Of a stretch of DNA of 48,936 nucleotides, positions 29,079-39,530 are shown piece by piece. The notes under the pieces are model-generated. The model did not search any database. It was not told the DNA's origin and saw only the letters and a program-made list of their open reading frames with translations. Source of the DNA: Betaproteobacteria bacterium (GTDB taxonomy: Bacteria > Pseudomonadota > Gammaproteobacteria > Burkholderiales > Burkholderiaceae_C); contig CANFOR010000001.1 in the NCBI GenBank assembly GCA_947448675.1, positions 1-48,936 of the forward strand, written 5' to 3'. The position numbers and the translations under genes were made by a program. How positions within the stretch are numbered: position 1 is the first letter of the stretch; the number at the start of each line of letters is the position of its first letter.

Positions 29079-29550
29079 AGCCGCCGCCACCTTGGCCGCA
29101 CCTATTGCCGTCGCCCTGCCCGCTACCTGCTTGGCCTGGCAAGCCGTGGTGCGCATCGGCGTCAGGGCCGACATGGGCCAATCGCCCCTGGGGCAGCGCT
29201 ACCTCATCCCCATCACCGGCGGCGTATTTTGGGGTGCAGGCGATTTTGCCAATTTGCGTGGCCAAGTGCTCGGCGGCGGTGCCGACCGCCAGCTCCACCG
29301 CACCGACGGCGTGCGCGAACTCGACGCCCTGTATGAAATGCAAACCGACAGCGGTGAGCTGCTCAGTATCCGCAACCGCGTGCTGATCGACGACACGCCC
29401 GGCACCGTGCGCTACGCGCTGTCGCACATCCAAGTCACCGCGCCGCAAGGCACTTGGGATTTGCTAAATCGGCGAATTTTTGTGGGGACACTGCACCCAC
29501 TGGCGGCGCAACACGGGGCGGTGTTGGTGCGGGCGTATCTGTTGGGTTGA
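29053..29550 (+). CDS. DUF3237 (UPF0311) family protein
   Basis: 165 aa. G.RYLIPITGGVF.G...L.G.VL.GGAD.Q......V.ELDA.Y.M.TD.GE resembles DUF3237 proteins as I remember them. Overlaps the TetR 3' end by 26 nt. Confidence 0.7.
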   Translation: MSELTHTLEAAATLAAPIAVALPATCLAWQAVVRIGVRADMGQSPLGQRYLIPITGGVFWGAGDFANLRGQVLGGGADRQLHRTDGVRELDALYEMQTDSGELLSIRNRVLIDDTPGTVRYALSHIQVTAPQGTWDLLNRRIFVGTLHPLAAQHGAVLVRAYLLG

Positions 29551-29570
29551 AGTACTGCGCAGCTTGCAGT

Positions 29571-29624
29571 AGCTATAAAAATTATAGCGCTATACGCATA
29601 TTTCATGCGCTATAGCAGTCACTA
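29571..29624 (+). repeat. ~56-nt two-hairpin repeat, copy d
   Basis: AGCTATAAAAATTATAGCGCTATACGCATATTTCATGCGCTATAGCAGTCACTA. Hairpin 1 is GCTATAA/TTATAGC at 29572..29588; hairpin 2 is CGCAT/ATGCG at 29595..29609. The terminal CTA is the complement of the vapC TAG stop. Confidence 0.8.
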
Positions 29625-30029
29625 AAGCACCCAGTCTTCAATCTTTAACTCCGGCACGCGCTTGAAATGCTTGGTGTTGTGGGTGACCAAGGGCAGGCCC
29701 AGCACCAAGGCATGGGCGGCAATTTGGGTGTCCATCACGCCAATGGCTTGGCCACTTTGTTGCAGCTGGGCAGCAAGTTCACCATAGCGGTCAGCGGCCT
29801 CTAGCGTCCAGGGGAAAACCGTTAGCTCATTGAGCAGCAAATCCACTGTGCGGCGGCGCTTGTCGTCGGCTTGCAGCAGCGTCAAACCGAAGCGCGTTTC
29901 GGCGCGGGTGATAGCCGAGATGGCGAGCTCTTGCTTTTTCAGCGCGGAGAGCATGCGCTTTTGCAAGGTCTCTGAACTGTTGCGCACAAAGTAACCCAAG
30001 ATGTTGGTATCTGCCAGGTAGCGGATCAC
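29622..30029 (-). CDS. vapC: PIN-domain ribonuclease toxin VapC
   Basis: 135 aa from the GTG at 30029 (GTGA overlap with the vapB stop). VIRYLADTNIL... supplies the first acidic residue, then ...TRAE..., ...DTQIAAHAL..., ...THNTKHF are PIN hallmarks. Confidence 0.85.
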   Translation of the reverse strand: MIRYLADTNILGYFVRNSSETLQKRMLSALKKQELAISAITRAETRFGLTLLQADDKRRRTVDLLLNELTVFPWTLEAADRYGELAAQLQQSGQAIGVMDTQIAAHALVLGLPLVTHNTKHFKRVPELKIEDWVL

Positions 30030-30388
30030 ACGCGGCCTCGGCTTTTTAGGGGGATTTTTACAAGGCCCTTGGCAGAGGTTTTTGCCTTGCGTGTGGGTGG
30101 GCTTTGACCAGGGGTGTCGGCCCAGTCGGCAAAGGGCTGGCTCGGCAGCGGGTTTTGGCGGTTGGCCTCTGACAAAAAGCCCTCTGGCAAAGGGATTTCT
30201 GCAATGGCAGCCATCAATATGTCCAACCGCCGCTTGCGCAAGGCCTCGCTGTCCTTGGGCTTGAGCGTGATCTCGCCGGTGGCGTCGTTGCGGGCGATCC
30301 ACATTTCTTCCACATCGACGCGAAAGGCCTTGGGCAAGCGAATCGCTTGGCTGTGGCCGTTGGCAAATACTTTGGCGGTGGCTAGCAT
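30026..30388 (-). CDS. vapB: AbrB/SpoVT-type antitoxin VapB with an extended C-terminal tail
   Basis: MLATAKVFANGHSQAIRLPKAFRV is the typical swapped-hairpin N-terminus. GGAG lies 6 nt upstream of the ATG at 30388 (alternative ATG at 30400). 120 aa, longer than I expect for VapB. Confidence 0.8.
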   Translation of the reverse strand: MLATAKVFANGHSQAIRLPKAFRVDVEEMWIARNDATGEITLKPKDSEALRKRRLDILMAAIAEIPLPEGFLSEANRQNPLPSQPFADWADTPGQSPPTRKAKTSAKGLVKIPLKSRGRV

Positions 30389-30489
30389 ACTGCACTCCAT
30401 GCAACGTAACTATGAAAACGTAGCTACTTTAGCACCAAACGGCCTACACTTTGCGCAGCCTTGCACTGCTTTGCGCTGCCTTCGCCTGC

Positions 30490-31779
30490 CTAATACGTTT
30501 CCAAATGCAGCCTGCCCTGCTGCTTGAGCGCGCTACCAATCGCAGCCCAGTTCAAGCCTGCTTGCTCGGCAGCGTTTTGCAGGGCGAGCAGCACGCCTTC
30601 TTCCATGCTTTTGAGGCCGCAGACGTAGAAGTAGCTGTTGGGGTCTTGCAGCAAAACGGCCAGCTCTGCGGCACGTTCGCGCATGGCGTCTTGCACGTAG
30701 CGCTTGGGCTGGCCGGGGGTGCGCGAGTAGACGAAGGTGGTGTCGATAAAGTCGGTGGGCAGCTTTTGCAGGGGGCCAAAGTAGGGCAGCTCGGCTTGGC
30801 TGCGCGCGCCGAAGAAGAGCATGAGTTTGCCGCTGTCGGCGGTGGTGTGCACAGCGCCGTTGCTGATACTGGCCTGGGCTTTGGCGCGCAAGCGCCTGCG
30901 CCACTCAGTCATGGCGCGCATGGGTGCGCTACCGGTTCCAGTGCAGATCATCACCACATGCGAGCCGGGGTGGTTGGGCATTAAAAAGCTGCTGCCAAAG
31001 GGGCCGATCACCTGCACCACGTCGCCCACTTGCAGGTCGCACAAGTAGTTGCTGGCCACGCCACGCAGCGGACGGCCCTGAGGGTCTTCGAGCACGCGCT
31101 TGACGGTGAGCGAGAGGTTGTTGTAGCCGGGCCGCTCACCATTGCGCGGGCTTGCCACCGAATACTGGCGCGCGTGATGGGCGCGGCCTTGGGCGTCTAC
31201 GCCCGGCGGCACGATGCCAATCGACTGGCCCTCTAACACCGGAAAAGGCAGCGAGCCAAAGTCGAGCACGATATGGTGGGTGTCGTAGTCGGTGCCGACC
31301 TGGGTGACGCGTACATTGCCGCTCACTGTGGCGCTGATGGTTTTGCTCGCCGCCTTGGGGCCGTACAGGTTGGTGTAGGGATGGGCCGCAGACCAGGGCG
31401 GCTGCGTGGAACCAAAGGCATTTGACCCTGAAATGCTCGTGGATTGTGCTTCGGTAGCTATATTTTCTGTAGCATTTGCTTCGGGTGTAGGCAGCGCGTC
31501 GAGCGGCAATTGGGCGGGCAGCTCGTCCCACTTGAGCTGCTCTTCAATGCTGTAGGCCTGGGCGCGCGGCACCATGCGCCAGTTGTCGATCGAGCCCGTA
31601 GGGCAGGGCGAGATGCAGTCCATGCAGCCATTGCAGACGTCAGCCTTGACCACGTAATTGAGCGCGTCGTGCGTAATGGCGCCCACGGGGCAAGTGGCCT
31701 CGCAAGTGTTGCAGCGGATGCAGATTTCAGGGTCGATCAAATGCTGCTTGAGCACAGCCGATGGCACAGACGCGTTCAT
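30490..31779 (-). CDS. boxA: benzoyl-CoA 2,3-epoxidase reductase component BoxA
   Basis: 429 aa with two N-terminal 4Fe-4S motifs ([24 protein letters not shown]) fused to an FNR-like FAD/NADPH domain ([17 protein letters not shown]). Adjacent to boxB. Confidence 0.88.
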   Translation of the reverse strand: MNASVPSAVLKQHLIDPEICIRCNTCEATCPVGAITHDALNYVVKADVCNGCMDCISPCPTGSIDNWRMVPRAQAYSIEEQLKWDELPAQLPLDALPTPEANATENIATEAQSTSISGSNAFGSTQPPWSAAHPYTNLYGPKAASKTISATVSGNVRVTQVGTDYDTHHIVLDFGSLPFPVLEGQSIGIVPPGVDAQGRAHHARQYSVASPRNGERPGYNNLSLTVKRVLEDPQGRPLRGVASNYLCDLQVGDVVQVIGPFGSSFLMPNHPGSHVVMICTGTGSAPMRAMTEWRRRLRAKAQASISNGAVHTTADSGKLMLFFGARSQAELPYFGPLQKLPTDFIDTTFVYSRTPGQPKRYVQDAMRERAAELAVLLQDPNSYFYVCGLKSMEEGVLLALQNAAEQAGLNWAAIGSALKQQGRLHLETY

Positions 31780-31784
31780 GGTGT

Positions 31785-33212
31785 TCAGTTAAAGCGGACG
31801 TATTCAAAGTCTACCGGATTGCGGTTGATGCCCATGGCGGGGGGCGCAATCCAGTTGGCAAATTTGCCGGGCTCGACGCAGCGGCCCATCAGGCTGGCTA
31901 CGTAGGCGCGGTCGTCTGGGCTGGGCAACCATTTGTCGGCGTTGGCGGCCCATTCCACGGCGCTGACCACGCGGCCGTCAGGCGAGACCTTAACGCCTGC
32001 CAGCGCGCCGATGTTGCGGTTAAAAGCTTTGTGCGGCACGCTCAGGCGGTGCGCAAAACCAGCCTTTTCGATCACCTTGTTCCAGCGGTTGACACCGGCC
32101 ACCGAGTCGGTGATGAAGTCGTCACGCAGCACCTCGTTCAAAGCGTTGAGCATGGGCACTTCTTTTTCCACCAACTGCCCGCCCTGCACTTCGAGCACCT
32201 TGTAGTGCAGGCCTTTGAGGATGTGGTCGTCCACGCGCTTGCCTTCTTCGTAGCGGGCCTTCAAGCCCGAGCTATAGAAGGTAGCGGCATTGCTGGACTG
32301 GTCGGCACCAAACAGGTCGATGGTGACGCTGTAGTGGAAGTTGATGTAGCGCTGCAGCGTGGGCAGATCGATCACGCCGGCGGCACGCAAGCGGCCCACG
32401 TCGTCGGTTTGGAGTTCGTTCATGGCCGCCACGGTGCGCTGGATGACGCGCGACACGCCAGACTCGCCGACAAACATGTGGTGCGCCTCTTCGGTGAGCA
32501 TGAATTTGGTGGTGCGCGCCAGCGGGTCAAAAGCGCTTTCAGACAACGCGGCGAGTTGGAACTTGCCGTCGCGGTCGGTGAAATAGGTGAACATAAAAAA
32601 CGACAACCAATCGGGTGTTTTTTCGTTAAAAGCACCCAAGATGCGCGGGTTGTTTTCGTCACCGCTGCGGCGCTCGAGCAGAGCGTCGGCCTCTTCGCGG
32701 CCGTCACGGCCAAAGTGGCGGTGCAACAGGTAGACCATGGCCCACAGGTGGCGGCCTTCTTCGACGTTGATCTGGAACAGGTTGCGCAGGTCGTACATGC
32801 TGGGCGCGGTAAGGCCCAGGTGGCGCTGCTGCTCGACCGACGCTGGCTCGGTGTCGCCTTGGGTGACGATGATGCGGCGCAGGTTGGCGCGGTGCTCGCC
32901 GGGCACGTCTTGCCAGACCTTCTCACCCTTGTGATCGCCAAAAGCCACCTCGCGGTCGGCCGAGCCGGGGTTTAAGAAAATGCCCCAACGGTAGTCGCGC
33001 ATTTTGACCGCGCTAAATTGCGCCCAGCCTTGCGGGTCTACGCTCACTGCGGTGCGCAGGTAGACCTCGTAGTCGGTCGAACCCTCGGGGCCGACGTCGT
33101 CCCACCAGTTGATGAAGTTGGGCTGCCAGCCCTCAAGCGCGCGCTGCAAAGTGCGGTCTTCGCTGAGGTTGACGTTGTTGTGGATTTTTTCGCTGTAGTT
33201 GATGGTGGACAT
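31785..33212 (-). CDS. boxB: benzoyl-CoA 2,3-epoxidase oxygenase component BoxB (di-iron)
   Basis: 475 aa, size and context (between boxA and boxC) match BoxB, and E..H di-iron-type motifs are present (EEGRHLW, EEAHHMF). Confidence 0.9.
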   Translation of the reverse strand: MSTINYSEKIHNNVNLSEDRTLQRALEGWQPNFINWWDDVGPEGSTDYEVYLRTAVSVDPQGWAQFSAVKMRDYRWGIFLNPGSADREVAFGDHKGEKVWQDVPGEHRANLRRIIVTQGDTEPASVEQQRHLGLTAPSMYDLRNLFQINVEEGRHLWAMVYLLHRHFGRDGREEADALLERRSGDENNPRILGAFNEKTPDWLSFFMFTYFTDRDGKFQLAALSESAFDPLARTTKFMLTEEAHHMFVGESGVSRVIQRTVAAMNELQTDDVGRLRAAGVIDLPTLQRYINFHYSVTIDLFGADQSSNAATFYSSGLKARYEEGKRVDDHILKGLHYKVLEVQGGQLVEKEVPMLNALNEVLRDDFITDSVAGVNRWNKVIEKAGFAHRLSVPHKAFNRNIGALAGVKVSPDGRVVSAVEWAANADKWLPSPDDRAYVASLMGRCVEPGKFANWIAPPAMGINRNPVDFEYVRFN

Positions 33213-33254
33213 AGAAAACTCCTGAATGAAATGGGGGTTTGCGGTGCTCGGCGC

Positions 33255-34928
<1,674 letters not shown>

Positions 34929-34962
34929 AATCGTCTCCTTGCGGTGGTATGGCGGATCAATT

Positions 34963-35002
34963 GTGCAACATAGTGCACGGCATAAAATGCATCATAATGC
35001 AT
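34963..35002. promoter_or_regulatory. two TGCA-N6-TGCA palindromes, candidate BoxR operator pair in the boxCBA promoter region
   Basis: GTGCA-ACATAG-TGCAC (34963..34978) and ATGCA-TCATAA-TGCAT (34987..35002). They are 24 nt apart and lie 35-75 nt upstream of the boxC ATG (34928), in an AT-rich stretch. Confidence 0.5.
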
Positions 35003-35036
35003 ATTTCATGGATTGGCAAGTGGCTTTTGCAGCGCC

Positions 35037-35954
35037 TCAATCTGCCCGGGCCTCGCGCACCAAGGCCAATAGATGGGCAAAATTTTCGGCCACGCTTTTT
35101 CCAGAAGTGTCGAGGCTGATTTCAGCCTTGCCGTACATGGGCGCGCGGCTGACCAGAATGCGTTTGAGGTCCTCCAAGGCCTCTCGGTTGCCCGCCATGG
35201 GTCGCATATCACCTTGGGTGAGCACCCTTTGCATGTGCTCGCCAGGTGTCGCACTGAGCCACACGGTGAGGCAATTTGAGAGCAAAAATTTAAAGGTTGA
35301 CGGATCCGAGACGATGCCACCGGGGGTGGCGATCACCAGGTCGGCATGTTCGCGCACCAGCTCTTCTAAAGCACGTTTTTCATAGCGCCTGTAGGCCGCT
35401 TGGCCAAGCAGGTTTTGGATTTCAGACACCGAGCAGCCGGCCACGCGCTCGATCTCGCGGGTCAGCTCAAAAAACGGCAGTTCTAGCTCTTGGGCCAGTA
35501 GCTGGCCCAAGCTCGATTTGCCCGCACCGCGCAAACCGATCAAAGCAATTTTGCGGTGCCGCTCGGCAGGTGTACCGGCTTCGCCAAACAGGTCTGCCAA
35601 GCCCCTGCGCGCGCGGTTTAACTCGGCCTCGGACTTGCCTTGCAGCAGGGCCAGAATGAGCATTTTTTCGGGCGAAGTTTGAGCCTCGTCACTGAGCAAG
35701 TCGGCAAGGGGGCAGTCCAGCGCCTTGGCCACTTGCGACAAAACCACAATCGACGCATTGCCCACGCCGAGCTCCAAATTGGCCAAATGCCGCTCCGACA
35801 CCAAAGAACTGCTAGCCAAGGCTTTGCGCGTCATGCCCTTGCGGGCACGCACCATGCGCACACGCTCACCCAATGCCAGCAACAGAGGCGTTCGATCGGC
35901 CTGCAAAAGTTTGGCGGCGGCATCGGCAACTGGCTTATTCAATAGGGCATTCAT
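35037..35954 (-). CDS. boxR: BoxR/BzdR-type regulator (XRE HTH domain fused to a shikimate-kinase-like domain)
   Basis: 305 aa. N-terminal HTH (RKGMTRKALASSSLVSERHLANLELG). C-terminal P-loop domain (IALIGLRGAGKSSLG) collinear with shikimate kinase. Lies between boxC and bclA. Confidence 0.85.
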   Translation of the reverse strand: MNALLNKPVADAAAKLLQADRTPLLLALGERVRMVRARKGMTRKALASSSLVSERHLANLELGVGNASIVVLSQVAKALDCPLADLLSDEAQTSPEKMLILALLQGKSEAELNRARRGLADLFGEAGTPAERHRKIALIGLRGAGKSSLGQLLAQELELPFFELTREIERVAGCSVSEIQNLLGQAAYRRYEKRALEELVREHADLVIATPGGIVSDPSTFKFLLSNCLTVWLSATPGEHMQRVLTQGDMRPMAGNREALEDLKRILVSRAPMYGKAEISLDTSGKSVAENFAHLLALVREARAD

Positions 35955-35972
35955 AGTGATGGAGGAGTTTAA

Positions 35973-35986
35973 TGCACTATACTGCT
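35973..35986. promoter_or_regulatory. degenerate TGCA-N6-TGCT half-conserved operator-like site in the boxR/bclA divergent region
   Basis: TGCA-CTATAC-TGCT lies between the boxR start (35954) and the ligase start. It has one mismatch to the TGCA-N6-TGCA pattern. Confidence 0.3.
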
Positions 35987-36052
35987 TAAAATAGGTTCCA
36001 CACAGGCCCTAAACCCATACCAGCGATTTTTTTGAACGACATGGAGACAGAT

Positions 36053-37642
36053 ATGGACCCGATAGTGAGCGACGCGAGCGAACTTCCGGCTCGGTTCAAC
36101 TTTGCGCACCACTTGTTGCAGCTCAACCAAGGGCGCGGCAACAAGCCTGCCTTTATCGACGACCACGGCAGTTTGGGCTATGCCGATTTAGCGCACAGCA
36201 TCCAGCGCTGTGCAGCGGGCTTGCTGGCGCTGGGCATTCGGCGTGAAGAGCGGGTGTTGCTGCTGATGCAAGACTGCAATGACTGGCCTGTGGCTTTCTT
36301 GGGGGCTCTCTACGCAGGCATTATTCCCGTGGCTGTGAACACCATGCTCACCGCAGACGACTACGCCTACATGCTGGCGAACAGCCGTGCGCAGGCAGCC
36401 CTGGTATCGGCGAGTTTATTGCCGGTGCTCAAAGAAGCTATGGCCAAAGCACCCCATGAACTGCAAGCGCTTTTGGTCTCGCAAGGTGCAGACAATGGCA
36501 CAACTGAAAAAAGTTTTTCCCACTGGCTAGCTGCCCAAACGCCACACCCACAGTGCGCCCCCAACACGCCCGACGACATGGCTTTTTGGTTGTATTCCTC
36601 GGGTTCTACGGGTCGCCCCAAGGGCACAGTGCACACCCACGCCAATCTGTATTGGACAGCCCAGCTCTATGGCAAAAATTTGTTGGGCTTAACCGAATCT
36701 GACATTTGCTTTTCAGCCGCCAAACTCTTTTTTGCCTATGGCTTGGGTAATGGTCTGTCATTTCCTTTAACGGTAGGCGCTACTACCGTGCTCATGGCCG
36801 AGCGGGCTACGCCTGCAGCAATCTTCAAACGCTTGGTTAACTACAAAACCAGCGTGTATTTTGGTGCGCCCACGGGTTACGCAGGCATGTTGGCATCACC
36901 CGACTTACCCGCGCGTGAACAGACCGCACTGCGCATGTGCTCCTCTGCCGGAGAAGCCTTGCCACGCGAACTGGGCGAGCGTTTTACCCAACATTTTGGC
37001 GTCTCCATCGTCGACGGTATTGGTTCAACCGAAATGCTGCATGTGTACCTGTCCAACCACCCCAACGATGTGCGCTACGGCAGCACCGGCAAAGCAGTGC
37101 CCGGCTACGCGTTGGAGCTGCGCGACGAAGACGGCCGTGTGCTCACCGGTGCAGGCGAGATTGGCGACTTGTACATCAAAGGCCCGTCTGCTGCCCTGCT
37201 CTACTGGGCCAACCGCAGCAAAACCCGCGAAACCTTTCAAGGCGAGTGGACCAAAAGCGGTGACAAATATGTGCGCGATGCCGATGGCTACTACATCTAT
37301 TCAGGGCGCGGTGACGACATGCTGAAAATCAGCGGCCAGTATGTGTCGCCCTTTGAGGTGGAGTCCACTTTGCAGCAACACAGCGCGGTGCTCGAAGCAG
37401 CGGTGATTGGTGTGAACGATGAAAACGGCTTAACCCGCAGCAAAGCCTTTGTGGTGCTGAAAGAGCCAGGCACGGCCACGGCACAATTGGGCGAAGAACT
37501 CAAAGCCTTTGTCAAAGCCCGCTTGGCCGCAGTCAAGTACCCGCGCCAATTGGAGTTTGTGCGCGAGCTGCCTAAAACCGCAACTGGAAAAATACAACGC
37601 TTTCGCCTGCGCGACCAAGAAGCGCAAAAACAAACACCCTAA
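36053..37642 (+). CDS. bclA: benzoate-CoA ligase
   Basis: Adenylate-forming enzyme motifs (YSSGSTGRPKG, GEIGDLYIKG, KIQRF) in the box context. I prefer the ATG at 36053 (GGAGAC 4 nt upstream); the ORF track uses the TTG at 36032. Confidence 0.88.
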   Translation: MDPIVSDASELPARFNFAHHLLQLNQGRGNKPAFIDDHGSLGYADLAHSIQRCAAGLLALGIRREERVLLLMQDCNDWPVAFLGALYAGIIPVAVNTMLTADDYAYMLANSRAQAALVSASLLPVLKEAMAKAPHELQALLVSQGADNGTTEKSFSHWLAAQTPHPQCAPNTPDDMAFWLYSSGSTGRPKGTVHTHANLYWTAQLYGKNLLGLTESDICFSAAKLFFAYGLGNGLSFPLTVGATTVLMAERATPAAIFKRLVNYKTSVYFGAPTGYAGMLASPDLPAREQTALRMCSSAGEALPRELGERFTQHFGVSIVDGIGSTEMLHVYLSNHPNDVRYGSTGKAVPGYALELRDEDGRVLTGAGEIGDLYIKGPSAALLYWANRSKTRETFQGEWTKSGDKYVRDADGYYIYSGRGDDMLKISGQYVSPFEVESTLQQHSAVLEAAVIGVNDENGLTRSKAFVVLKEPGTATAQLGEELKAFVKARLAAVKYPRQLEFVRELPKTATGKIQRFRLRDQEAQKQTP

Positions 37643-38523
37643 TGGATCTAACCACCTTCTTCATCCAGTGCTTGAACGCATTGCAATACGGCCTGCTGCT
37701 GTTTTTGGTAGCTTCGGGCCTGACCCTGATCTTTGGCATCATGGGTGTTATCAACCTCGCGCATGGCAGCTTCTACATGATCGGCGCCTACATGGCCTAC
37801 GGCTTAGCACCACTGGTTGGTGCTAGTTTAGGTGGCGGTTTTTTCATCACCTTGCTGGTCGGACTGGTGCTGTCTGTGCTGCTGGGCTACGCGCTGGAAT
37901 GGGTGTTTTTCAGCTACCTGTACGAACGCGAGCACTTGCAACAAGTGCTGATGACCTACGGGCTTATTTTGGTGTTTGAAGAGCTGCGCAGCATCTTGGT
38001 GGGTGACGATGTGCATGGCGTTGAAATCCCTGCGCTGCTGGCAGGCTCGCTGCCGCTCAGCGATGTGATGACCTATCCGGTTTACCGCTTGTTTATATCG
38101 GGCGTGTGCTTGGCCTTGGCCTTGGGCATGTACTGGGTCTTCACGCGCACCCGCTTGGGTATGAGGATCCGCGCGGGCAGCAGCAACCGCGAAATGGTTC
38201 AATCTTTAGGCATCGACATCAAGCTCCTGTACCGCGTGGTTTTTGCCGCCGGCGTAGCCATTGCCGCGTTGGCGGGCATGGTGGCAGCGCCCATCTCATC
38301 GGTCTACCCGGGCATGGGCAATAGCGTGCTGATTATTTGTTTTGTGGTGGTGGTGATAGGTGGCATCGGCTCGATTCGTGGCGCACTCTTGGCGGCTTTG
38401 CTGATTGGCGTGGTGGACACCTTTGGCAAGGTCTTGCTACCGCAAGCATCGGGCGTTTTGGTGTATGTGCTGATGGCCCTTATTTTGCTGTGGAAGCCTG
38501 ACGGCCTCTTCAAAGCAGGTTGA
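37642..38523 (+). CDS. branched-chain-amino-acid-type (HAAT family) ABC permease, LivH-like
   Basis: 293-aa polytopic protein. TAATG overlap with the ligase stop. Confidence 0.9.
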   Translation: MDLTTFFIQCLNALQYGLLLFLVASGLTLIFGIMGVINLAHGSFYMIGAYMAYGLAPLVGASLGGGFFITLLVGLVLSVLLGYALEWVFFSYLYEREHLQQVLMTYGLILVFEELRSILVGDDVHGVEIPALLAGSLPLSDVMTYPVYRLFISGVCLALALGMYWVFTRTRLGMRIRAGSSNREMVQSLGIDIKLLYRVVFAAGVAIAALAGMVAAPISSVYPGMGNSVLIICFVVVVIGGIGSIRGALLAALLIGVVDTFGKVLLPQASGVLVYVLMALILLWKPDGLFKAG

Positions 38524-38537
38524 TTTATTTTAAGTAT

Positions 38538-39530
38538 ATGAAATATTCAAAACTTGCTTTTGTGGTTTTAGCTTTCGCTTTGCTAGCTTTTCTACCCCTG
38601 TGGGCCAGCCCTTATGGCATCGACCTGGCAAGCAAGATCATGGTCTTTTCCATCTTTGCGCTCAGCCTCGAATTGTTGGTGGGCAGCACGGGCTTGGTCT
38701 GTTTTGGACACGCGGCGTTTTTTGGCATTGGCGCTTACGCCACGGTACTGCTCTCGCCTAAAGATGGCGCGGCCTCTGTACTCTGGCTCATGCCCGCTTG
38801 CGCACTGGCCGCTGCGCTCTACGCTTTGCTGGTGGGCGCATTGTCTTTGCGCACCAAGGGTGTGTACTTCATCATGGTCACCCTGGCCTTTGCGCAAATG
38901 GCCTACTACGTGGTGCACGACACGCCCCTGGGCGGCGGCACAGACGGCATTTACCTCAGCGCCAAGCCCACCTTGGGCGATCTACTGAACCTTGACAAAG
39001 CCCTGGTCTACTACGCTTTTACCTGGGCTTGCTTGGCGGCGGTATTTGGCTTTTTAGCCTTGTTGCTGCGCTCGCGTTTTGGCCGCGCCTTGGCAGGCAT
39101 TCGCGTGAACGAGCAGCGCATGCGCGCCACCGGTTTTGCCACCTACCCCTACAAGCTTGCAGCCTTTGTGCTCTCAGGCGCAATTGCCGGATTGGCCGGT
39201 TTTTTGTTCGCCGTGAAAGACGGTTTTGTCAACCCCGAATTGATGAGTTGGCATTGGTCGGGCGAGGTGCTCATCATGATTATCTTGGGTGGCTTGGGCC
39301 ATTTGCGTGGCGCGCTGATGGGTGCTTTTGCGTTTGCCCTGCTGCAAGAGTTTTTTAAGTCTGACGCGGTATTTGGCGACTTTGCCAAACACTGGCATTT
39401 GGGCCTGGGCCTTAGCATCATTGCCTGCGTGGCCCTGCTACCCAGCGGCTTGGTGGGCTTGCCTGCGCAGCTGCGCAAACGCTGGGATGCGCGCCAGGGC
39501 AAACTGCAAAACACAGCGGAGGCACCATGA
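38538..39530 (+). CDS. HAAT-family ABC permease, LivM-like
   Basis: Polytopic protein. Start taken at the ATG at 38538 (MKYSKLAF...). Confidence 0.88.
   Translation: MKYSKLAFVVLAFALLAFLPLWASPYGIDLASKIMVFSIFALSLELLVGSTGLVCFGHAAFFGIGAYATVLLSPKDGAASVLWLMPACALAAALYALLVGALSLRTKGVYFIMVTLAFAQMAYYVVHDTPLGGGTDGIYLSAKPTLGDLLNLDKALVYYAFTWACLAAVFGFLALLLRSRFGRALAGIRVNEQRMRATGFATYPYKLAAFVLSGAIAGLAGFLFAVKDGFVNPELMSWHWSGEVLIMIILGGLGHLRGALMGAFAFALLQEFFKSDAVFGDFAKHWHLGLGLSIIACVALLPSGLVGLPAQLRKRWDARQGKLQNTAEAP

Noticed and set aside
34998-35010. GCATATTTCATG upstream of boxC matches the hairpin 2 region of repeat copy d (ACGCATATTTCATGCG).
   Set aside because: Only about 12 nt are shared. Hairpin 1, GTATA and the tail are missing, and the match overlaps the TGCA-N6-TGCA palindrome. 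It is better explained as an operator, so I did not count it as a sixth repeat copy.
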